DNA from: Somniosus microcephalus
Taxonomy: Eukaryota
DNA: 64,000 nt
Assembly (NCBI GenBank): GCA_052327205.1
Contig: CM126210.1
Span: forward strand, 207,762,001 to 207,826,000
Direction: 5' to 3'
Part shown: in pieces, positions 39,505 to 49,229 of the stretch
Layout: the number at the start of each line of letters is the position of its first letter
How positions within the stretch are numbered: position 1 is the first letter of the stretch
Translations under genes and position numbers: made by a program
Notes under the pieces: generated by a model
Databases searched by the model: none
What the model was told of the DNA's origin: nothing
Seen by the model: only the letters and a program-made list of their open reading frames with translations

Positions 39505-40040
39505 TGTTAGAATAAAATTTTGCTGGACAAGATTTTGCTGGAAAAGACACAAACAACAAATTCGCTGACTGGGACTAATTGAATCACTGCACAGTGAGAC
39601 ATGCCACGCTTACGCATGGCTGGAACAAAGTTCGTCTCGTGTCCTAACTGGGACTAATTGGATCACTGAGGACTAACAAGGTTCACTGGTATCCTATCAT
39701 CGAACTAATCACTTGTATCCTATTATCGAACTAATCACATTCCGCCGGGGAACAAGACGGAATGAAGACCTGAAGAGGCAGAATTGGCAACACAAGTGTG
39801 TAAACTCCTGACTGGAGGAAAATAACGATATGCGCTAATAAACGAATTGATTGGATGAATGTAAATGATCTAAAACCAACTTCTTGGAATTGTATATAAG
39901 CTCGGCACGTACTACAATCGGGGAGAAGGTGCTCTCGCAGACCGCGTGGTTGCAGACGCTTCTCCCAGAGCTCTGTCATTTAATAAAGTTGTCTCTCTTA
40001 CTCAAAGTCTAGTTTCCGAGGAATCATTTTTCCTACAACA
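39505..40040 (+). repeat. ERV 5' LTR (536 bp)
   Basis: About 98% match to 45988-46518 by eye; TATATAA near 39893, AATAAA at 39982; direct repeats in U3. Confidence 0.96.
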
Positions 40041-40043
40041 AAT

Positions 40044-40061
40044 TGGCGCTGTGAGCAGGGT
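40044..40061 (+). promoter_or_regulatory. ERV primer-binding site, tRNA-Ser type
   Basis: TGGCGCTGTGAGCAGGGT starts 3 nt after the LTR; complementary to the ...CCTGCTCACAGCG-CCA 3' end remembered for vertebrate tRNA-Ser(CGA). Confidence 0.8.
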
Positions 40062-40705
40062 GCCATGGAGCTGAACAATCGCTCGAGTCAGTGACCAGGG
40101 TGAGTAGTCAGATTTTTGACCACCCATAAATCAGAGACACTCGACAAGGCGACTGAACGGCGAAGCGGCACCAAAACGAATCTGGGACACAGACTGAGTG
40201 GGTAAGAGACACTACTTGATTTGTATGTGTGTATTTGTATTTGTGTAATAGTAACTAAGTAACTAAGAAAAACCTCGGATCAGGAGGACACTTGTCTCAG
40301 ACACCTAGCCTCAGGCCGGTTGTTAAGAGGGCAAATGCCCCACGCGAAGGCCAGGACCATGAAGTAGGTGCCGAGATTCCAAGGTGTTCTAAAGTCGTGA
40401 TACTAGTCGAGTACGGTTAACATTTTTCTGCATTATATCATGTTGCTAAGTGAACTAGGAGATTATTAGTGTCGGTGTTGTAGGACCCTGATCAGGTAAA
40501 CAGACACCGGGGAGGGGTAGAAACCCCGTCCAACAAGCAAGCGTTACACGTCCGGGCAGTTTTGAGAGAAAGACAAACCCGGACCTCTGAGAACGCTGGC
40601 ATAGAGTGCGACAAGAAGCTCGGGTATTCTCGGAAGGAAAGAATAGGGGGGCTCTCTAAGGAACAGATCTCCAGACACGAAGGAACGATCGGTGAAGCAG
40701 CGGCG

Positions 40706-41150
40706 ATGTCAGGTGAGGAAGTTAAGAGGGGACCTTCAGGCTCCCTCACATATTCTTATATGACAAACCGACAGTCGTTAATTAAGGAGATGCAGAAAGA
40801 CGGTTGGGATGTGTCACAGACTTTAGAACTCCAGAGAAGCTGGTTGACTAAACAGACAAAGGATAAAACCAAGGCGGCAGGAGTGTTATTAGTACACCAC
40901 TAGCAGGACTCATTGAACAAGTAAACGTAATAAAGAAAGTTGCACAAGACAAAGTACAGATGGTTACGGAACTAGAGACAAAGGCGAAATGTCAAGCAAA
41001 GATTATAAAGGAATTAGAGTGTAAGGTATACGAGGGGGGGCGAATGGGGACTTGTCCAGACACCACCTCCCTTCCCCCATATTACAGTGCAGAACCAACA
41101 GCCCCTGCAGGCGAGGGGGATGTTGAAATAGTCGAGATGGCTCCTGTGAG
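40706..41150 (+). pseudogene. gag: ERV gag N-terminal remnant (frameshift near 40900; CA, NC and protease deleted)
   Basis: MSGEEVK... continues after a 1-nt shift into a coiled-coil-like segment with late-domain-like PPYY and PTAP, then abuts RT sequence. Confidence 0.7.
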
Positions 41151-41174
41151 TCGGGGCGGGACATTGGCTAATCC

Positions 41175-44174
41175 CACCGCCAGTACCCAATAAAGGCGGA
41201 GGCCAGGAAGGCAGTCATGGACATAGTGAAGGGGCTAGTAGAAAGGGGTATCCTGAGGGAAACCACGAGCACTACTAATTCCCCCACATGGCCAGTAGAG
41301 AAACCTAATGGGAGCTATAGGTTGACTATAGACTATACGGCCCTCAACAGGGTCACTCCTAAATTACACCCCATCATTGCCAGCCCCTCAACAATTTTGA
41401 ATGGGCTATCCCCTGAACAGAAGATATTCACCGTTTTAGACATAGCTAACGGATTCTGGGTACTCCCATTAGATCCGGAAGCACAAGAGAAATTTGCAGT
41501 CACAGTAGGGGATAAACAATATACATGGACCCGATTGCCACAGGGATTCCATAATAGCCCAGCTATTTTTCACCGCGTCATGAGTGATATCCTAAAACAG
41601 ATAGAAGTACCTAAAGGAAGCACTATTTTGCAGTACGTCGACGACATACTAATAGCCTCGGAAACGAAGGCAGACCATCTGGCAACCCTATATTTAGTAC
41701 TAAGGGCCCTAGAGACGGCTGGCCTCAAGGTAAGCCCTAAAAAAGCACAGATAGGAAAAACTCAGGTCCTATACCTGGGACATCTAATCTCCCAAGGACT
41801 TAAAGAAATGCCACAGGACAGGAAACACACTGTCCAGGGCATGCCGAGACCCGTGACAGTACGCGGAGTCAGGAAGGTACTGGGGCTCTTTAATTACAGT
41901 AGAAATTTTATCCTGGGGTTCGCTAAATTAGCAGAACCTATACAAAGATTAGTGAAAGGGGGTAAACCCGCGTTGGAACCGATAGATTGGGGACCGGAAC
42001 AAGAGGAAGCTTATACTCAACTAAAGTCTGAGCTAGTATCAGCCCCAGGGCTAGGACTGCCAGATATGAGTAAGGACTTCCACATACATTGCAACAATGA
42101 AGAAGGGTTTTACACAGCAGTAGTTACACAGGATCATGGGGATAAAAGAAGGCCCGTCGCCTACTATTCCACAGCGGAGGGACCGGTAGTCACAGGGCTC
42201 TCCCGGTGCATAGCTGCATTGGATTGTGCGGCTTGGGCAGTAAAGGTTAGTGAGCCGATAGTAATGACAGGAAACATTATATTGCACACTAAACACACTC
42301 TGGTAGAGATGCTGAATACCGGGAAATTAAGATCCGTCTCGAACATGAGACGTGCCAAGTGGGAGGCCGTCCTCCTCCCTCCGAGTAAAGCAGTAACCAT
42401 TGTTAGAGACACGGGGGAGAACCTGGCAGAAGGAATACTGGGAACTGGGGAGCCCCACAACTGTGGGGACGTAGATATGAATCTGGAAGAAGATAGGATA
42501 AAAGACACCCCTTTAGCGACAGCGGAAGAGACGTTGTACGTAGATGGTTCACGCAAGTATATAGATGGGCTGCCCCGAACGGGGTGGGCGGTGGTTAATG
42601 GCGAATTAAAAACCGTAGTCAGGACGGATTGATGGAGGCCTATCAGCCCAAGTGGCAGAGCTAGTGGCTCTCACCAAGGCACTAGAGTTGTCAGAGAATA
42701 AAATCGTGAACATTTACACAGATAGTAGGTATGCCTTTGGGGTGGTCCACGATTATATGACTGCATGGGGTAGGAGGGGATTCATTACTACGGGAGGCAA
42801 TCCCATAAAACACCAGCTGAGGATAGAAGCCCTCCTAGAAGCTAGCGACAAACCCCAACAGGTAGCAGTAATTAAGATTAAGGCACATCAGAGGGAACCG
42901 GACCGGACTAGCCCGGACTGGTTAAATCACCAGGGGAACCAGGCTGCGGACCAAGCAGCACAAAGGGCGCTGGAGCAAGAAAGGATCGAAGAAGTACCAA
43001 TAGCCGCTGTGAGCAGCTCCGAGGACGAGGTAAGTATTGACGAACTCCATGAGGACACCCCCGACGTCGAAAAAGGTACGTGGGAAGAACAAGGCGCAAA
43101 GCGGGGAAGCGATAATGTCTGGCGAAAGGATAACAGGGTAATGGCCCCCAAGTGCATTCAAAATACGCTATTAGAACTCCACCATGGGCTTGTACACTCG
43201 GAGAGAAGCGATGATGGGAAGCCTCAGCAAAGAATGGTGGTGGAAGGGGATGGGAAGAGATATTGCGAGATACTGCCATCGATGTATCACCTGTGCGCAG
43301 TATAACCCTGGGCGACCCATAAAAGTCAAAATGGGACATCAACCAAGGCCACGAGGGCCCTGGGAGCATATACAAATAGACTTCACAGGTCCCCTTCCAC
43401 CGTCACACGGCAAAACATACTGCCTCGTGGTCATAGACCAATTCACCCGCTAGGTAGAGGCTTTCCCCACGCGAAATTGCACCGCTTTGACGGTTGGCCA
43501 GAGTCTTAGCTGAAGAAGTAATCCCCAGGTGGGGAATACCAATTCAAATGGACTCTGATCAAGGTACCCACTTTACCGGGAGTGTCATAAAAACGGTATG
43601 CCAATTAATGGGAATTAAACAAAAATTCCACATCCCATACCACCCTCAAAGTTCGGGCATGGTGGAACGAATGAACCGAACCCTTAAAAATGCATTGGCA
43701 AAGGCAATGCAGATGTCGGGGAAAACCTGGACTGAAGTATTGCCCATTATCCTAATGAAGCTGCGAGCCACTGAAAACCGAACGACAGGCTTGACCCCTT
43801 ATGAATTGATGACAGGAAGGGCGATGCAATTGCCAGAAGGCATCATAACAGGTGGGGCCGATGTAGGCCCTTTAAAAGATAGACTAAAACGATACGTTCT
43901 GGAACTTAGCACTCAATTAAAGGAGATGCGAAAGAATGTCCGCGATAATCAGGAGGACAAGGATCGGGCACAAGAGCTCACAATGACAGCTTATGTTCCC
44001 TCAGCGGGTAGTAAAGCCATGGTGAAAACTCTGCCCAGCAAACCAGGGTTCGCCCCAAAATGGAGTGGGCCATATAAAATCATAATCAGTGGGGATACCT
44101 GTGTCTGTCTAGACATAAGGGGTAAAGGAGTATGGAAGCATTGGACACAATTGAAAGTATATAAAGACAACTGA
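41175..44174 (+). pseudogene. pol: ERV pol (RT, RNase H, integrase) with frameshifts and a premature stop
   Basis: LPQGFHNSP and QYVDD; YVDGS and YTDSRYAF RNase H; IDF, SDQG and VERMN integrase; breaks near 42630, 43190, 43451 (TAG) and 43490. Confidence 0.95.
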
Positions 44175-44481
44175 CTGGCTACTTTCTGAATCTGTTTTAC
44201 AGGTGATCTGCATACCCTTTGTCATAAAATTCCTGTAAAGACTGGACTGTAGTGATATATTAATCATGTTTAGAGTATTATGGGTAATGGCGTTATTTTA
44301 TATTGTCACGGGAAGCGCGGTACCCCATTTACGTAAAGAGAGAGGATTGCATGTAAATACCTTTCTGTATATGTCATATGTCTATGCGAAAAAAATGGGC
44401 CAAAGTTCCTGCTGGGTGTGCGCCCATGTGCCCACCCATACGGGGGGAGGAATCCCATTAAGGCCTATCCCCTTTAAGGTA

Positions 44482-44684
44482 TGGTGTGGAGATGCCGGAG
44501 TTGGACTGGGGTGGACAAATGTAAGAAGTCACACGACACCAGGTTATAGTCCAACAGCTTTATTTGAAATCACAAGCTTTCGGAGCGCTGCTCCTTCTTC
44601 AGGTGAAGAAGGAGCAGCGCTCCGAAAGCTTGTGATTTCAAATAAAGCTGTTGGACTATAACCTGGTGTCGTGTGACTTCTTAC
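44482..44684 (-). mobile_element. Penelope-like element terminal-repeat fragment as an inverted duplication, inserted in env
   Basis: Flanked by duplicated CCCTTTAAGGTA (44470-44481 and 44684-44695); perfect inverted arms 44521-44601 and 44604-44684 plus a unique 3' extension of about 40 nt, as expected for Penelope insertions. Confidence 0.8.
44570..44606 (-). ncRNA. Minimal type I hammerhead ribozyme motif
   Basis: Minus strand reads TCAC-CTGAAGA-A-GGAGC-AGC-GCTCC-GAAA-GCTT-GTGA: core boxes, stem II, stem I (TCAC/GTGA) and palindromic AGCT in place of stem III. Confidence 0.65.
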
Positions 44685-45987
44685 CCTTTAAGGTAGAGGA
44701 GATGGTAGGGTGTTTATTATACTCTAATACCACCTGGAAGAAGGAGGATACCATACAAACCCAAAATAGCTTGAATCCAGATCAGCTGGAACATGAGTGG
44801 AAACAGGCAGGGTATAACCCCACGAACTTTAAAGGATGGTTTCATCCCCAGTACGATAATCGAAGGTATCCAGAAGAGCTATTAGTCAGCACAGGGGGAA
44901 AACTAAACAATGGAGAGGGGGAAGTCTGCTTGGTAAACTATGACGAGACAGGGTTAGTGGTTGGATGGAGTAAGTGCAAGTATAATTACACTTTAACCAA
45001 AACCAGTACTAAACCACCAGGTGCCCTAGAATGGCCCTACGTGGGAACGTTTAATTTATCCGAAGTGCTAAACCGGACTAGCAATCTACCCTGGAGGGGA
45101 ATACCTGGGATCATGTACCAACTTTGGAACAAATTTGAGGCCTATAATAATACCTATTTCATTTGCGGATATAAGGCGTATACATGGCTTCCACGAACCT
45201 GGACTGGGTCATGCTATGTAGGATACGTAGTACCATACATCCATTATTTATCCTCCCATACCCACCACTACGGGTACCAGTCGTTATGGCAACCAGCCAA
45301 GCGTGTTAAGAGAGCTATTACGGAAACCAAAAGATTCTGGGCTATAGCATTCCCCTGGTACGGAACAGGAAAAATAGCAAGGGAATCCATAAACGTGGCA
45401 GCAGTGCTCGAACAAATAGCCAACGATATGGCTGAGTCCCTGAGAGAAATGAGTGCCGAAATGGTGGCGATCCGGACCACCGCCTTACAGAATAGGATAG
45501 CCCTAGATTATCTGTTGGCGGCGCAAGGCGGCACCTGTGCCCTGATCAGGACAGACTGCTGTACATATGTCCCAGATAGCTCCGAGAATATCACGAGCCT
45601 AGCAAATCATATCCAAGAAGAAATAAAGAAGCTCCATCAACCCACAAGCACAGGGTGGCTTGATTGGTTGCTAGGGAAAACCGGGTGGGGAGCGTGGATG
45701 ATGCAAGGGATAATAATAATAGTTGTAATTTGTATGTTGATGTGTTGTGCGCTGAGCCTTATGAAGTTGTGTTGCCAAACTGCTATGAAAACCGTGATGC
45801 CGATCGCCTCTATCAAGGATGAACACACCAACCTGCTACCAAGGGACGAAGAACACCAATACGACACTGTCGAAGGAACAACCAAACCCCCGGACATAAG
45901 CCAGTGGCTGTAAGCACCGACGAAAGGGGGACCGAGGATGGTCATCTGGGAGCAAATGAATCGTGCTCCAGGACCAAGAGGAGGGAT

Positions 45988-46518
45988 TGTTAGAATAAAA
46001 TTTTGCTGGACAAGATTTTGCTGGAAAAGACACAAACAACAAATTCGCTGACTGGGACTAATTGAATCACTGCACAGTGAGACATGCCACGCTTACGCAT
46101 GGCTGGAACAAAGTTCGTCTCGTGTCCTGACTGGGACTAATTGGATCACTGAGGACTAACAAGGTTCACTGGTATCCTATCATCGAACTAATCACTTGTA
46201 TCCTATTATCGAACTAATCACATTCCGCCGGGGAACAAGACGGAATGAAGACCTGAAGAGGCAGAATTGGCAACACAAGTGTGTAAACTCCTGACTGGAG
46301 GAAAATAACGATATGTGCTAATAAACGAATTGATTGGATGAATGTAAATGATCTAAAACCAACTTCTTGGAATTGTATATAAGCTCGGCACGTACTACAA
46401 TCGGGGAGAAGGTGCTCTCGCAGACCGCGTGGTTGCAGACGCTTCTCCCAGAGCTCCGTCATTTAATAAAGTTGTCTCTCTTTGGTCTAGTTTCCGAGGA
46501 ATCATTTTTCCTACAACA
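45988..46518 (+). repeat. ERV 3' LTR (531 bp)
   Basis: Preceded by PPT AAGAGGAGGGA (45976-45986). Confidence 0.96.
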
Positions 46519-46967
46519 ATGGTATTCAATTTGTACAACAAAGGGAACATTGTTACCGCCCCAGAGTTACGTATAAATGTTATGTCGCGCGCCGAGTTAA
46601 CTCCAGAACACAAGGGACATGAACCGGAGAAGGTATCTACAGCAGACCCAAAATTTGTATAACCAAAACTGACTAATTCAGCACCCAACTACAATGTACT
46701 GTCTTGGTTGCTCCTGTTTGGGACCAAGGTCTGAAAAGAAGTTATGAAGCCCATTGCTGCCGAGTGCCCACAGCTGATGGGCTCGGAGCAGGCAGGTTTC
46801 TGGCCTCTTGACACTTGGGTGGAGGAAAATATGCTAATATCTGATCTACAATCAAATGTTATATATTTAGTTTATGGAAACAAAGTAGTTACAATTTTTA
46901 CTCAGCATTAAATGGTTTGTGTTCAGGGTTTGATGCTTTCAAATCTCTGGTTGTATATACCTACATA

Positions 46968-47289
46968 CAGGAAACTCTTTTAACCGGCACCTAAATATCA
47001 GGAAATCTCTCAACCGGCAAAATTCAGGAGTAGGTTCAGTTAAGTTTTACTATATATTAGTGGCCGTGTAACCGGGGTTCCTGGATCTGTGGCCGTGCAA
47101 CAGGGACTCCTGGATCTGTGGCTGTGTAACCGGGACTCCTGCACAAGTGCCGTGTAACCGGGGCTCCTGCACCTGTGGCTGTGTACGGGGCACTCGTACC
47201 TTGGTAAGTATACCTCTCTGTAATCCGGACTTTTTAATCAACCGACACCACGCTGGTCCCGGAAGTGCCGGATAAAAAAGAGTTTCCTG
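46968..47289. mobile_element. Related Tc1/mariner-type MITE with an internal minisatellite
   Basis: TIR CAGGAAACTCTTTT..CCGGCAC; TA TSD; about 4-5 tandem 29-bp units (ggccgtgtaaccggggttcctggatctgt) at 47062-47190. Confidence 0.85.
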
Positions 47290-47630
47290 TATAGCACCAA
47301 TGTTATTGCTAAAAATAAGCACAATGAGTTGCCCTATAATGGGCCCATGAGAGTAGTCCTAAAACAAGTCATTGCTTGGGACTGGGCTCCTTGACCAGAG
47401 GTTAGTGAGTACTCTTGCCATCCAAGTTCAGGCTCACTGCTTTTGGTGCGTCTACATCTCATTGCTTCATTTCTCAGGGTATATCTTGTTTAATATAAGC
47501 TGGATTGGATAACTGAATAGGCTTGAGTTTTATAAATATGGAACTGTGAATCAAACACTTATACTGGGAAATCCAAATGTAATCCAGGCATGCAAGTTAA
47601 CTATTAAAATATAGCTGCACGGCGAATTAC

Positions 47631-47749
47631 CTGTACAGATCGGTCTTATTATCAAACCAGTCGGATAAGACACGGAAGGAAAAGAGTGGAAAACGCTGGT
47701 GAAGAACATGAAAGGCTACATTCTCAAAAGAGTAATTGTTGAGAGCAAC
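47631..47749 (-). CDS. REV3L: REV3L coding exon (VALNNYSFENVAFHVLHQRFPLFSFRVLSDWFDNKTDLY)
   Basis: Translated by eye (not in the ORF track); tgcag/gtaatt boundaries. Confidence 0.95.
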
Positions 47750-49229
47750 CTGCAAGAAGAAAAAAAATTACAATACTGCACAAAATCATGGCAGTTTGTA
47801 CACACAAGTAGACACTGTACAGTTAACTGAACTTGACAGTAACCAAAAGTATGTCAATAAATGTATTGTAGAATAATGTTCAGATTGATATTTGCCCCAT
47901 GGAGATAGGTTTGGGTGGAAAAAAAGACACAAAGATATAATAAATGTCCAATAGGGTTCAGACATTTTCTATATTATAGTGCAGGAAATTGTACAGCTGA
48001 GTGTAGCTGTCAGTTACTTGAACGGATTAGAAATTGTAAACTTTACATAATTCCTCTGCAGATGGGCAGTATCATTTCTGTGGCAACATTGCAACCAAAC
48101 ATGTAACTTTGAATAAACCATGTTTTGAGACAAATGCTTTCCCCCCCTGAACTGTACTCAGTTGCAAAGTGCACGAAAGAGGTTCCCTTTTCATTTAGCT
48201 TCCCAAGTCTTTTTCTGTAACTTATAGGATTTTTTGTTGGGTGGCATGGATTCTAATTTTTTTTTTTTTTTAAATCATTGAATATTCAGCTGAAATGCCA
48301 ACAAGTACTTGATTACACATCCTAATCTTTTAAAATACTTTGTAGGATATTTCAAAATAAATTGCAGCACAGGCCAAAATGTGAAAAAGTGTTGATATTT
48401 AGAAATTACAAACTGCTACTGAATTAATGATCAACAAAAAAAACACCTTATTTTGCTTCTAATAGGACCAGTGTTCCTATTGCAAATGGAAAGCTTGTGG
48501 ACAAACAAACAGAGCAGAGAATGATATTCACGTCCCACAAATGGATCCTAAAGGGATGTGTAACCAAGCCCTTGCTGGCATTTCAGCTCAATATTCAATG
48601 ACTGTTCTACTATTAGAAGCCATGGTATCCAATGAAAACATTCAGGAAGTTGCAACAAAGACTTTGGAACCTAAAACAAAGGGGGATTATTTAGTACACT
48701 TTGCTACTGAACACAGTTTAGGAGAAAATCACTTGCCTCAAAAGATAATTTGTTTGAAGTTACATTTTTTGTAGCGAAGCTTTGAGAACAGGCTGCTTTA
48801 GAGATTAAACTTGTCTCGATCTCCCCAACAGAGCGACAAGTCCTTTTAAAAGCACTTCTGCACTATAGGAATACAGCCGATTGCAGATATATGGATACCT
48901 TCCTTCAGCTGAATTCTAGTGAAAGCAAACCTAGGAACCAGTCGCATGTGATTTTACTGCCAGAATAAGGCAGCCATTGCAGGATTGTTTTCTCTGTGTG
49001 GGTCTCTGTATAAAAGTGGAGACCAGCACATTAGATACTGGCTCAGTATAAATGAGAGGAGTAGCAGCATATGGACATCACTCTTTTAGAACAGGGCGTT
49101 GTACGAGGTGTGTAAGCACGAGTTTATGGTTTTCTGGTGATCATGGACATTATTTATTGCAAGCTTCCTTTACTGTGTATTACGATATAATGCATATGGC
49201 CCTGTATTTCCTATTAAACTCAAACACCT

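Larger units (their letters stand above)
44266..45913 (+). pseudogene. env: ERV env, gamma-type, interrupted only by a 214-bp insertion
   Basis: Signal peptide, CWVC, furin site KRVKR, immunosuppressive domain LQNRIALDYLLAAQGG, CX6CC and TM helix; splice acceptor tgttttacag ends at 44202. Confidence 0.93.
39505..46518 (+). mobile_element. Endogenous retrovirus provirus (defective; gamma-type env), antisense in a REV3L intron
   Basis: Paired TG..CA LTRs, 4-bp TSD ATGG (39501-39504 and 46519-46522), PBS, PPT, gag remnant, pol and env. Confidence 0.97.

Noticed and set aside
39505-46518. Assignment of the ERV as a foamy virus
   Set aside because: The env is short and gamma-type, there are no accessory ORFs between env and the LTR, the LTRs are short, and the PBS is Ser rather than Lys.
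47062-47190. CRISPR-like array
   Set aside because: Contiguous tandem units without unique spacers, in eukaryotic DNA inside a MITE.
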